Assembly (NCBI GenBank): GCA_027008775.1 | Contig: JALVDV010000007.1 | Span: forward strand, 5,797-69,796 | Source: Candidatus Moraniibacteriota bacterium | GTDB taxonomy: Bacteria > Patescibacteriota > Minisyncoccia > Moranbacterales > DUUL01 | Direction: 5' to 3' | DNA length: 64,000 bases | Shown: piece after piece, positions 37,585-51,156 of the stretch | Position numbering within the stretch: position 1 is the first letter of the stretch | How the letters are laid out: every line of letters begins with the position of its first letter | Program-made: the position numbers and the translations under genes | Notes under the pieces: generated by a model | What the model saw: only the letters and a program-made list of their open reading frames with translations | Databases searched by the model: none | Told to the model about the DNA's origin: nothing

Positions 37585-38976
37585 ATGATAAAAGAGGAGA
37601 AAGAAAATGTAAAATTAAAACATCTTTGGCAGTTTTTGGCGGGAGGTTCGTTGGTGGTTTGGTTTTTAATGTTTTTTCTTTTTCCGGCAGAGGCAAAGAT
37701 TTTTTGGACGACCATATTTGTGCTTTTCAAAGATTACTGGTGGATAGTTTTGCCTTTTCCGATGTGGGAAATTTATCAATCAATGTGGATGGAACAGGTG
37801 GTGGGGGCTTGGTTGTCCAGTCGGGAATATACGTTATTGGAATTGATTCCTCCACGGGATATTGAGAAAAGTCCCAAGTTAATGGAACATGTTTTTGCCG
37901 GAATAAATGATTATTCCACGCCGAATCGTTTAGAGATTCATTGCGGTTGGCGTGTTTTGCAGCCACGTTGGTCTTTTGAGCTGACCGGTGATGAAGGGAT
38001 GGTCAGATATTTTATTCGTTGCCCGAAGGCCTCCAAGGCGACAGCTGAAGCGCAAGTGTACGCTCATTATCCGGATATAATCATCAAGGAAGTGGAGGAC
38101 TATGTGAAGAAGGCGCCTCACAATATTCCCAATGCTCGTTGGGATATTTGGGGAGCCACTCTAACCTTGGTTAAGCCGGACCCGGTGCCTATTAGGACGT
38201 ACCGACAGTTTCAGGAGGAGGTAACCGGTAAAATGATTGATCCTCTGGCTAATATTGTTGAGGTGATGGGCGCCTTGCCCAAGGGTCAACATCTCTGGTT
38301 TCAAATTTTATTGGAAAGTGAGAAACCACCGAATTGGCACCCCGCCAGCTTGGCCTATATTCAAAGTTTAATTGATGAGCATTTGGGTAAAAAAAATGGA
38401 AAAGAGTTTCCTCTGTTGAGATTTTGGCATGAATTAAAGTTGTTGCCGGGGAACCTTTTGAGCGCTTTGGCGGGCAAAGAATTAGCTACACCACCAAGCA
38501 GTGGAGGAGAAGAAGAGCCGGAGTTTAATATAAATAAACTGCCGCCGGGAGTGCAGGAAAAAATAGAAGCCATCTCGCAAAACATTTCCAAACCCGGTTT
38601 CCGAACAGTGATAAGGTTTATATACTTTGGCACCAGAGATAATTTCAACAAGGCGCTGGGAGTAGCCGGTATTATGGGTCCGATAAAACAGTTGGGAGAC
38701 GTTAATTTAAATGACTTGGTGCCTTCAAATTTAACTAAAACTTTTGCCAATTACTATTTTGATGAAGAGAGGTTGTTACGGAAGAAAAGAAAAATTTATA
38801 ATGATTTTATCTCCCGAGATATGGTTGGGCTTTGGATGATTATGAATACGGAGGAATTGGCCACTCTTTATCACTTCCCAGATATGTCTATCAGAAGTCA
38901 GGCTATTACCAGAGTGGAATCCAGACGGGAAGAAGCTCCCGCCAATTTACCGGTTGATTTGGAAGTTGAAGAATAA
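37585..38976 (+). CDS. hypothetical membrane protein (two N-terminal TM helices, large soluble C-terminal region). First gene of VirD4-like module A.
   Basis: TM1 LWQFLAGGSLVVWFLMFFLF, TM2 IFWTTIFVLFKDYWWIVLPF. No recognised domain. Translationally coupled position upstream of 39015. Confidence 0.5.
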   Translation: MIKEEKENVKLKHLWQFLAGGSLVVWFLMFFLFPAEAKIFWTTIFVLFKDYWWIVLPFPMWEIYQSMWMEQVVGAWLSSREYTLLELIPPRDIEKSPKLMEHVFAGINDYSTPNRLEIHCGWRVLQPRWSFELTGDEGMVRYFIRCPKASKATAEAQVYAHYPDIIIKEVEDYVKKAPHNIPNARWDIWGATLTLVKPDPVPIRTYRQFQEEVTGKMIDPLANIVEVMGALPKGQHLWFQILLESEKPPNWHPASLAYIQSLIDEHLGKKNGKEFPLLRFWHELKLLPGNLLSALAGKELATPPSSGGEEEPEFNINKLPPGVQEKIEAISQNISKPGFRTVIRFIYFGTRDNFNKALGVAGIMGPIKQLGDVNLNDLVPSNLTKTFANYYFDEERLLRKKRKIYNDFISRDMVGLWMIMNTEELATLYHFPDMSIRSQAITRVESRREEAPANLPVDLEVEE

Positions 38977-39014
38977 AAATCCAAACTTAATCAGTTAAGT
39001 AAGCTAAAATAACA

Positions 39015-40973
39015 ATGGTTGAGACAAAAGAAGAAATAAATTTCTTTGCCAAAACCAATTTTCGCAACAAGGAGCGTCCTTTCGGAATAAAAACCGATGA
39101 TCGGCGCAGGCATTTCTATACTCTGGGAAAAACGGGAATGGGTAAGACGAGCATGATTCAGAATATGGCCATTCAGGATATTCGCAGTGGCAAGGGTTTG
39201 GCCATTGTTGATCCGCATGGTGAATTTGCCGAGGAATGTTTGAAGGCCGTGCCGGAAGAAAGAATCAAAGATGTTATTTATTTTAATCCGGCCGATTTGG
39301 AATATCCGATTTCTTTGAATATTTTGGAAAAGGTTGATCCGGAACATAGACATCTGGTTTCTTCCGGTTTGATAGGAATTTTTAAAAAACTTTGGGCTGA
39401 TTCTTGGGGTCCTCGTTTGGAGTATATTTTACGCAATGCCATTTTGGCTTTGTTGTCGCATCCTTCTTCCACTTTATTAGGAATCAATCGTTTGTTGGTT
39501 GACAAACAGTATCGGGAAGAGGTTCTGTCTTACGTTGACGATCCGGTGGTGAGTTCTTTTTGGAAGGATGAATTTTCCAAGTATAACGACCGTTTGTTAA
39601 CAGAGGCTATTTCTCCCATCCAAAATAAAGTTGGTCAGTTCTTGTCAAGCGGTTTGATTAGGAACATTGTGGGGCAAACCAAATCTTCTTTTTCCGTCAG
39701 GGAAGCGATGGATAGCAATAAGATTTTGATTTTAAATCTCTCCAAGGGACGGATTGGAGAGGATAGTAGCGCTTTGCTGGGAGCAATGATGATTACCAAG
39801 ATTCAACTGGCGGCAATGAGTAGAGTTGATATTCCCGAGGCGGAAAGAAAGGATTTCTATCTTTATGTTGATGAGTTCCAGAATTTTGCCACCGAATCTT
39901 TCGCCGGTATTCTTTCAGAAGCCAGAAAATACCGATTGAGTTTGATTTTGGCGCATCAGTTTATGGCTCAGTTGGATGAGTCGGTGATGAATGCCGTTTT
40001 GGGTAATGTGGGAACGATTGTAGCTTTTCGAGTGGGGGCGATGGACGCGGAGATTTTGGAAAAGGAGTTTGAGCCGGTTTTTTATGCCAATGACTTGGTT
40101 AATTTGGACAAGTATAATATTTATCTGAAGCTGATGATTGACGGAGTGGCCACTCGGCCGTTTTCGGCAACTACGTTGATGCCGATAGACACCAGTGATA
40201 CAGCTGAGAATCTGGAGAAAGTAATAGAAATGTCTCGCCGGCAATATGCTCACGATCGGGCGACGGTGGAACGGCGCATTATGGAATGGAGCGGGATGCG
40301 CAGCGGGGCGGTTAGCAAGAATATTGAATCTTTAGCCAAAAACAGAATACGTGATTTGGTGAAAGGAAGCGCAAATGTTTCGGCGCAGAAGTCGGTAAAC
40401 GATGATCAAAATAGAAACAAAAAGGGAAAAGGAAAAGGACAAGCAAAAAAAGGCGCGGGAAAAGCGAAAGTAACGAAAACCGATGCTTTGATAAATGAAC
40501 TGGGAATTGGTTTGGGAGAAGAGACAGTTGGCTCTTCGGAGGGAGATCTTGAAGTGGGGCAATCGGAAGTGTCTCCGATAAATGCGGGAAGAGAAGAGGG
40601 AACTATATCAGGAGAGCCGAAAGCAAACAAAAAGAAAAAGGCAAAACCAGCGGAAGAAAAACAACAAACAAGGATAAAAGTTAATTGCTCCGGTTGCGGT
40701 ATAGAAACAGAGGTGAATTTTCAGCCGGATGGAGTGCGGCCGGTTTTTTGTCCGGAATGTTTGAAGGAGTACCGTCGTCAACAGGCCAAGTTGAAACAAG
40801 AGATGGAAATGGCCAACTCAGCGTCGGCGCAGATAAATGAGTCGGGTCAAACAAAAGATAAATCAAACGTTAATAGGCCGGTGTTGACGAGAAAAAAAGA
40901 AGCAAAGAAGACGTCGGTGGATACCGATGAAGTCAAAAGATTAATTCAGGAAGCTATTGATGGAAAAAAGTAA
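39015..40973 (+). CDS. soluble VirD4/TraD/TrwB-like coupling-protein ATPase with a C-terminal Lys/Gly-rich tail and zinc ribbon
   Basis: - Walker A TLGKTGMGKTS
- DPHGE box
- Walker B YVDEFQNF
- TrwB-like LILAHQFMAQL...GNVGTIVAFRV
- no TM segment
- C-terminus KKGKGKGQAKKGAGKAK... then CSGCG-x17-RPVFCPEC. Confidence 0.7.
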   Translation: MVETKEEINFFAKTNFRNKERPFGIKTDDRRRHFYTLGKTGMGKTSMIQNMAIQDIRSGKGLAIVDPHGEFAEECLKAVPEERIKDVIYFNPADLEYPISLNILEKVDPEHRHLVSSGLIGIFKKLWADSWGPRLEYILRNAILALLSHPSSTLLGINRLLVDKQYREEVLSYVDDPVVSSFWKDEFSKYNDRLLTEAISPIQNKVGQFLSSGLIRNIVGQTKSSFSVREAMDSNKILILNLSKGRIGEDSSALLGAMMITKIQLAAMSRVDIPEAERKDFYLYVDEFQNFATESFAGILSEARKYRLSLILAHQFMAQLDESVMNAVLGNVGTIVAFRVGAMDAEILEKEFEPVFYANDLVNLDKYNIYLKLMIDGVATRPFSATTLMPIDTSDTAENLEKVIEMSRRQYAHDRATVERRIMEWSGMRSGAVSKNIESLAKNRIRDLVKGSANVSAQKSVNDDQNRNKKGKGKGQAKKGAGKAKVTKTDALINELGIGLGEETVGSSEGDLEVGQSEVSPINAGREEGTISGEPKANKKKKAKPAEEKQQTRIKVNCSGCGIETEVNFQPDGVRPVFCPECLKEYRRQQAKLKQEMEMANSASAQINESGQTKDKSNVNRPVLTRKKEAKKTSVDTDEVKRLIQEAIDGKK

Positions 40974-42021
40974 AAGTGTTTTAGTTGGTTTGAGCGGAGG
41001 GGTTGATTCCTTGGTGACAGCTCATTTGTTACAAGAAAGCGGTTATAGGGTGAAGACTGTTTTTTTGAAACTTAGGGATGACAAGGCCGAAGAAGCGAGG
41101 GCAAAAATGGCAGCCGATTCTTTGGGTTTGAAATTGGGTGTTTTTGATTTACGAAAAGAGTTCGAAAAAACCGTTCGCTCTGATTTTGTAAAAAAATATC
41201 AAAAAGGTTTGACTCCCAATCCGTGTGTCTTTTGCAATCCGGAAATCAAGTTTGCTTTTTTGCAAAAAATGGCTGATAGATTGGATTGCAAGAAAATAGC
41301 CACCGGACATTATGCCAAGGTGGAGTGCCGGCCGGAAAGTGAGGAGAAAGATAAAAAGTGCTTGTTGATAAAAGCTAAAGATAAATCCAAGGACCAGTCT
41401 TACTTTCTTTACAGGTTAAGCGCAAAGCAGTTGCGGAAGATTTTGTTTCCCTTGGGCGGTTTGAAAAAAGCGGAAGTTAAAAAAATTGCTCAGAAAAATA
41501 ATCTACCTTTACCAAAGGCGGAGTCTCAAGATGCTTGTTTTTTGGTTGGTTCCAACTTAGATGATTTTTTGCGTAACAATTTGTCAAGCAATCTTTTTAC
41601 TCCAGGAGAGATTGTGGATGAAAAGGGTGAAAAAGTCGGGACCCACCGGGGGCTGTTGTCTTACACAATCGGGCAAAGAAAGGGGATAGATGTTGGGGGA
41701 ACGGGTCCTTTTTATGTCAAGGGTAAGGATTTTAAGAAAAATGTTTTGTTGGTGACACGTCGTCGGGATGACTTGCTTTCTGATAAAGTTGTGTTTAGGC
41801 AAACAAATTGGCTGGCCGGTTTGCCTGAAAAGGATAAACAATATCATGTTAAAATCAGATATCAGATGAAACCGGTGAGGGCGACTGTGCAGAGAAAGGG
41901 TAGTCATTGGGAAGCAGTGGCGCAGGAGGGAGACGCCTTTAGTATGGTTACACCCGGGCAGTCATTGGTGGTTTATGATGGTGATGTGGTTATTGGGGGA
42001 GGAGTGATAGAATTTGTTTAA
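40957..42021 (+). CDS. mnmA: tRNA-specific 2-thiouridylase MnmA
   Basis: PP-loop VLVGLSGGVDSLV, catalytic cysteines (NPCVFCN, ...QDACF), ~354 aa. Confidence 0.9.
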   Translation: MMEKSKSVLVGLSGGVDSLVTAHLLQESGYRVKTVFLKLRDDKAEEARAKMAADSLGLKLGVFDLRKEFEKTVRSDFVKKYQKGLTPNPCVFCNPEIKFAFLQKMADRLDCKKIATGHYAKVECRPESEEKDKKCLLIKAKDKSKDQSYFLYRLSAKQLRKILFPLGGLKKAEVKKIAQKNNLPLPKAESQDACFLVGSNLDDFLRNNLSSNLFTPGEIVDEKGEKVGTHRGLLSYTIGQRKGIDVGGTGPFYVKGKDFKKNVLLVTRRRDDLLSDKVVFRQTNWLAGLPEKDKQYHVKIRYQMKPVRATVQRKGSHWEAVAQEGDAFSMVTPGQSLVVYDGDVVIGGGVIEFV

Positions 42022-42077
42022 AGTTTTAATTTTTTGAGAATGTCATTGTAAAATTTCACCAAATAGTCAAAGTGGTG

Positions 42078-42265
42078 TATAATTTTTGTTGAAGAATTCA
42101 TCGGGTTCTCCTTTTTCAATATTTAGTCAAGCTTTTTGGATGTTATTTTTTACTTGGTGTTTGACACTTTGTTGATTGAAGAATAAGTCAAATATATGTC
42201 CGAAAATAACACTCAAAAAGCTTGAGAGACAAAGAGTTTAGGAGGGTAGCTCTAAGTGAATTATG
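42078..42265 (+). promoter_or_regulatory. -10 TATAAT (42078-42083) plus conserved leader element copy B (~42122-42265)
   Basis: Paralogous to 37368-37500. Confidence 0.5.
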
Positions 42266-42302
42266 GAAGTTTTGTTGGTTGATTCTGTTTTAAATTAAAA
42301 TT

Positions 42303-42611
42303 ATGAATAATGAGACAAATATCAGGGAACTGAGAAATCTTTTAACAGCTCTCAATGTTAAATTGGTTGATTTGGAGGCCGATGAGAAAAGATTGAAAGT
42401 GGAAAAGGAAAAATTGGCTTTGGAAATTAGACGAAAAAAGAAGGAGAGGCAGAGATTGGAATTGTTTATCAGGGAGTTAAAAAACCGAGAAAAAGAAATT
42501 GAAAAAAAGTTTTTTGAATTCTCGGCGGATAAAAAACGTCTTTTAAAGAAGAGGGAGGAATTATTGGCCAAAATGAGATTGCTTGAAAGTAAATCTGATA
42601 ATAATTTTTAA
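42303..42611 (+). CDS. small coiled-coil protein. First gene of VirD4-like module B.
   Basis: 102 aa, heptad-rich K/E sequence. Preferred over antisense ORF 42290..42571. No SD. Confidence 0.35.
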   Translation: MNNETNIRELRNLLTALNVKLVDLEADEKRLKVEKEKLALEIRRKKKERQRLELFIRELKNREKEIEKKFFEFSADKKRLLKKREELLAKMRLLESKSDNNF

Positions 42612-42624
42612 TTAGTTCTGGGCA

Positions 42625-46361
<3,737 letters not shown>

Positions 46362-46540
46362 ATAAAGGTTGGAAAATGTTTTAAGGGGAAACTGAAGGTG
46401 GTAAATTTGCAAGCAGGTCGTTATTGGTTTTGGTTGCTTTCCTTGATAAAGGCTCAATCTTTGTGGACGTGAGAATTGAGTCTTTGCTTTCTTATTGTTG
46501 GATGGGCAAAAAAGGCGGATAATATCATTTCTTAAACAAA

Positions 46541-48334
46541 ATGGCTGGAGAAATTGAGCAAATAAAAGAAAGAGTGGGGGTGGTGGAACTCATTGGAGAA
46601 TATGTTAAGTTGGAAAAAGCCGGGAGTAATTATCGGGCGCTTTGTCCTTTTCATAACGAAAAGACGCCCTCTTTTATGGTCAATCCGGAGAGGAATTTCT
46701 GGTATTGTTTTGGTTGTCAGGAAGGCGGAGACATTTTTACTTTTTTGCAAAAAATAGAGGGTCTGGAATTTAGAGAGGCTCTGGTTAAGTTGGCGGAAAG
46801 AGCCAATGTTCAGCTGCCGCGTTTGCAAAGAGGAGATTATCAAAAAGAAAAGTCTGAGAAGGAGGAGGTTTGGCGGGCTCTGGAATTGACTACCGAATTT
46901 TACCAAAGACAGTTGTTGAAAAATAATAAGGCTAGGGCGGTAATTCAATATTTAAAAGAGAGAGGTTTTACTCGGTCGGTGATTTATGATTTTAAAATAG
47001 GTTATGCTCCGGAAGGATGGGATAATCTCCTCAATTATTTGCAAGGAAGGAAAATCAGGCCGGCTGTAATGCTGAGAGCCGGCTTGTTGGTTGAGGGGAA
47101 GGCCGGAGGAATGAAAGAGCAGGGGAAGTCTTATTATGACAGATTTCGGGACAGGATAATGTTTCCAATTCTGGATGCCAGTGGTCGGACGGTTGGCTAT
47201 TCGGGTCGGATAAATCCCACCGAAGAAAAGACGGCGGTGGCCAAATACATTAACACGCCTCAAACTTTAGTTTACGATAAAAGCCGAGTGCTTTACGGTC
47301 TTTATCAAGCCAAGGAAGCTATTCGGCGGAGTGGTTACGCGATTGTGGTGGAAGGTAATGCCGATGTGGTCCTGTCTCACACGGTTGGCGTGAAGAATAT
47401 TGTAGCGGTTTCCGGAACGGCTCTGACCGAGGAGCAAGTGGCTTTACTGAAGCGTTACACTGATAAAGTGATGTTGGCTTTTGATATGGATGAGGCCGGA
47501 CGCAAAGCGACGGAACGCAGTTTGGCGGCTTGTTTGCGTAATGATTTGGAAGTGAAAATTATTTTGTTGACTGAGCGTTATAAAGATGTTGGCGATGTTA
47601 TTCAAGATAAACCTCAGCGTTGGCCGGAGTTCATTAAAAAGGCTTTGCCGGTGATGGAATATTATTTTGATACTTTAATTAACGAGGAATCAATTTCTGA
47701 TATACGGAGAAAGAAATTAGTCATCAGAAAGTTGATAGGGATTATAGCAAACATTGCCGATCCGGTGGAGCGATCCTACTGGTTGAAGAAATTGGCGGCG
47801 AGGACGGCGGTGGAAGAAACTTTGTTGACAGATTTGCTGAAAAAAGTTAAATTGAAGGATGTGCAAAAAGATATTGAAGGGAAAAAAGCGGAAGAAGGAC
47901 AGTCTTTTAGAAGCTTCAGAGAGAAGGAGGCGGATCGGTATTCTGTTTTGCAGTGTCGTCTGCTCGGTTTAGCCAGTGAATTTAGGGAAGAGTTGAAGGA
48001 TGAGTTACGTTCTTTTCCGGCTGAAAATTATCTTTCGCCGATGTTTTTGACTTTATTTGAAAATGTTCGACGGGAAAGTGTTGATAAGGAACAAGAAAAT
48101 TTGTTGAACAAATGTGTTTTGGAATTGAAGTATAAGAAAGAGGGCGATGATTTGTTGGAAGTTGAAATCAAGCCTCAGAGGGAATGGACGTTAGTGCTGG
48201 AAGAAATGGATAAAATAAAAAAACAAGCCAGGATTAAGGCGATTCAAAAAAAATTGAGGCTGTTGGAGGAACGGGGAGACGAACAGGGCGCGCAAAAATT
48301 ACTCTCCAAACTAACTGAGATTTTAGATACTTAG
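46541..48334 (+). CDS. dnaG: DNA primase DnaG
   Basis: CHC2 zinc finger CPFHNEKTPSFMV...CFGC, TOPRIM (VVEGNADV...DMDEAG). Confidence 0.9.
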   Translation: MAGEIEQIKERVGVVELIGEYVKLEKAGSNYRALCPFHNEKTPSFMVNPERNFWYCFGCQEGGDIFTFLQKIEGLEFREALVKLAERANVQLPRLQRGDYQKEKSEKEEVWRALELTTEFYQRQLLKNNKARAVIQYLKERGFTRSVIYDFKIGYAPEGWDNLLNYLQGRKIRPAVMLRAGLLVEGKAGGMKEQGKSYYDRFRDRIMFPILDASGRTVGYSGRINPTEEKTAVAKYINTPQTLVYDKSRVLYGLYQAKEAIRRSGYAIVVEGNADVVLSHTVGVKNIVAVSGTALTEEQVALLKRYTDKVMLAFDMDEAGRKATERSLAACLRNDLEVKIILLTERYKDVGDVIQDKPQRWPEFIKKALPVMEYYFDTLINEESISDIRRKKLVIRKLIGIIANIADPVERSYWLKKLAARTAVEETLLTDLLKKVKLKDVQKDIEGKKAEEGQSFRSFREKEADRYSVLQCRLLGLASEFREELKDELRSFPAENYLSPMFLTLFENVRRESVDKEQENLLNKCVLELKYKKEGDDLLEVEIKPQREWTLVLEEMDKIKKQARIKAIQKKLRLLEERGDEQGAQKLLSKLTEILDT

Positions 48335-48366
48335 CTAATTGTATTTAAGTTACTTCTAAAAAGAAA

Positions 48367-49683
48367 ATGACACTTGCTCAAAAAAACAAAAAGAATATAA
48401 AGATTGGCCGGGCTGGTTCGGTAAGCGGGCGGATGGCTGCAAAGACGGTTGGACGTCCTAAAAAGAAAACGGTGGCGATTAGAGCCAGAGTGGCACAACA
48501 GCAGAGAAAGCGGGCGACCGGCAAAGAGCCGAGAAAAAGTCGGGAAGAGAACTCGGTTAAGGAAGCGGTTTCCGGAGGGAAGATTACCGAGGCGGAGTTA
48601 AAAGCAAAGAGTAATTTTTTGGAAGAGGGTCGTCGTCGGGGCTTTGTGACGGAAGAGGAGATTGTGCAAACATTTGGGAGTATTGAAGATAATGTGGAAG
48701 AGATTGAGGAATTGTATGAGGAGTTGGAAAAAAATGGAATAAAAGTTATTGACTCGGAGGAGGTTATAAAAAATGAGATAGAAAAAGAAAGTCAGGAAGA
48801 CGAGAAGGTGCAAAAGAAGAAGTTTGAAGAAAGGATAAAAGCGGACAGCGTCAATCTTTCCGATTCGGTGCAAATGTATTTGCAAGAAATAGGAAAGACC
48901 GATTTGATTGATGCCAAAAAGGAAATTGAATTGGCCAAAAGAATAGAGAAAGGTGATGAATTGGCGCGCAAAGAGTTGACGGAGGCCAATTTGCGATTGG
49001 TGGTTTCCATTGCCAAGAAATACGTGGGACGAGGACATAGTTTGTCTTTTTTGGATTTAATTCAGGAGGGTAATATCGGCTTGTTCAGAGCGGTGGAAAA
49101 GTTTGATTATCGAAGAGGTTATAAATTTTCCACTTATGCTACTTGGTGGATCAGACAGTCTATTACCAGGGCGATTGCCGACCAGTCTCGCACAATCAGA
49201 ATTCCTGTCCATATGGTGGAAACGATAAACAAATATATTCAAACGACCAGGCGCTTGGTGCAGGAATTGGGTCGGGAACCTTTGCCGGAGGAGGTTGCTT
49301 CAGAGATGGGGATAGATGTTGATAAAGTGCGTCATATTATGAAAATTTCCCAGGAGACCGTTTCTTTGGAAACCTCGGTCGGTACCGGAGAGAATGAAAG
49401 TACCTTGGTTGATTTTATAAAAGACAATAAAACGGTTATGCCGAGCAAGGCGGCGGCCAGAATGTTGTTGCGGAAATATATTAATGAATCTTTGGAAACT
49501 TTAACTCCGCGGGAACAGAAAGTTTTGAAAATTCGTTTTGGTCTGGAGGATGGCATAACTCATACCTTGGAGGAGGTTGGTCGTGAGTTTGGAGTAACGC
49601 GAGAGCGAATTAGACAAATTGAGGCCAAAGCTTTGGAAAAAATAAGGAATGATAAAAGGAGTAAAAAATTAAAGCATTACTAG
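48367..49683 (+). CDS. rpoD: RNA polymerase sigma factor RpoD (sigma-70) with a basic N-terminal extension
   Basis: Regions 2-4 present ([27 protein letters not shown]; region 4 [20 protein letters not shown]). dnaG-rpoD operon order. Confidence 0.9.
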   Translation: MTLAQKNKKNIKIGRAGSVSGRMAAKTVGRPKKKTVAIRARVAQQQRKRATGKEPRKSREENSVKEAVSGGKITEAELKAKSNFLEEGRRRGFVTEEEIVQTFGSIEDNVEEIEELYEELEKNGIKVIDSEEVIKNEIEKESQEDEKVQKKKFEERIKADSVNLSDSVQMYLQEIGKTDLIDAKKEIELAKRIEKGDELARKELTEANLRLVVSIAKKYVGRGHSLSFLDLIQEGNIGLFRAVEKFDYRRGYKFSTYATWWIRQSITRAIADQSRTIRIPVHMVETINKYIQTTRRLVQELGREPLPEEVASEMGIDVDKVRHIMKISQETVSLETSVGTGENESTLVDFIKDNKTVMPSKAAARMLLRKYINESLETLTPREQKVLKIRFGLEDGITHTLEEVGREFGVTRERIRQIEAKALEKIRNDKRSKKLKHY

Positions 49684-49778
49684 GTTTGTTTTGTCTGTTG
49701 ATTTTTGTTAAGAGGGCTCTTTCGGGAAGACGATAGTTCTGCTACAATAATTTTATACAAGTTTATACAAAAATAAAA

Positions 49779-51023
49779 ATGGATTATATTACCACAATTG
49801 ATGTTGGCTCGGATAATGTAAGAACTATTATTAGTCAGGTTAACGACGAAGCTCTGCCGCGGATTGTGGGGGTTGGTTCTGTGCCGACCGAAGGTATGCG
49901 TCGGGGGGCGGTGGTGGAAATTGAAGAAGTAAGTGATTCTATCAGGAAGTCGGTGGAGATGGCTGAACTTCATTCCGGGGTTCAGGTTAGTGAGGCCTAT
50001 GTTTCGGCAAATGGAACGGACCTGGAATTTATGGAAATCAAGGGAGTGGTGGCGGTTGGTTTGGCTAACGGTGAGGTGGTGGAGAGTGATGTTCAGCGAG
50101 CTATTGAAGCCGCTCAGGCAATTAATCTCCCTCTAAACAAGGAGATAATACATGTTATTCCTCAAGGTTTTCAGGTTGACGATCAGGAGAAGGTTAAAGA
50201 TCCGGTGGGGATGAGCGGGGTAAGGTTGGAAATGACCGGAGTGGCTATTTTGGCCGGCAGTTCCAATTTAAAAAACTTGACAAAGTGTTTTGACAATAAT
50301 GATATATCGGTTCTGGGTTTTGTGGCGGCGCCTTTGGCGGCAAGTCAGTCGGCTTTAAACAAAAGGCAGAAAGAATTGGGTAGTGTGTTGATTGAATTGG
50401 GCGGAGGAGTGACATCTTTAATTGTTTATGAGGAACAAAATATTTTGGATGTGAAAGTGATTCCCATTGGTATGAATTTGGTGACCAATGATGTTGCCAT
50501 TGGGTTGCGAACATCAGTGGAGGTGGCGGAAAAAGTAAAGTTAAAATATGGCTCTGCTTTGCCAGCGGAAATCAGCAATGACGATGAGATTAATCTGGCT
50601 GATCTGGACGAGGAGGAAGAGGGGGTTGTCTCTCGCAAGTACGTGGCGGAAATAATAGAAGCCAGAGTAGAGGAAATTTTTTATGAAGTGGAAAAGGAAT
50701 TGAAACGAATAGAAAGAAGCGCTCTGTTGCCGGCCGGTTCAATTTTGAGTGGAGGAGGCGCTTATGTTCACGGAGCAGTTGATTTGGCTAAAGATATTTT
50801 GAAGCTACCGGCGCAAATTGGTTTCCCTAAAGAGATGAGTGGCTTAACAGACAAGGTTGACAGCCCAATGTTTAATGTGGCGGTAGGGATGTTGTTGTGG
50901 GTATTGGAAAATGAGGATGTTTCGGAGGCGGGGGTGAGTAGGGGAAATTTTCTGGAAAATTTAAAAGGGGCCTGGCCGGAGTTGGCGGAAAAAATTAAAA
51001 AAGTTTTTAAAAAGTTTGTTTAG
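49779..51023 (+). CDS. ftsA: cell division protein FtsA
   Basis: Actin-fold motifs IDVGSDNVRTII, LIELGGGVTSL. Lies upstream of ftsZ. Confidence 0.85.
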   Translation: MDYITTIDVGSDNVRTIISQVNDEALPRIVGVGSVPTEGMRRGAVVEIEEVSDSIRKSVEMAELHSGVQVSEAYVSANGTDLEFMEIKGVVAVGLANGEVVESDVQRAIEAAQAINLPLNKEIIHVIPQGFQVDDQEKVKDPVGMSGVRLEMTGVAILAGSSNLKNLTKCFDNNDISVLGFVAAPLAASQSALNKRQKELGSVLIELGGGVTSLIVYEEQNILDVKVIPIGMNLVTNDVAIGLRTSVEVAEKVKLKYGSALPAEISNDDEINLADLDEEEEGVVSRKYVAEIIEARVEEIFYEVEKELKRIERSALLPAGSILSGGGAYVHGAVDLAKDILKLPAQIGFPKEMSGLTDKVDSPMFNVAVGMLLWVLENEDVSEAGVSRGNFLENLKGAWPELAEKIKKVFKKFV

Positions 51024-51156
51024 AAATTTTATTGGGCTTGACTAGGTTAATTTGTTTTGTTAGAATTATTGACTAGATAAAATTTGTTGGGGAGGCTAGA
51101 AAATCTTATTTTATCTTGGAAAATTGAGTAAAAAATAATGTCAATAAAATAAAAGT

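Noticed and set aside
37373-37730. Minus-strand ORFs 37373..37696 and 37434..37730, and + ORF 37551..37865
   Set aside because: They overlap the conserved non-coding leader and the start of the 37585 gene. The same leader sequence upstream of module B has no corresponding ORF conservation, so they are presumed spurious.
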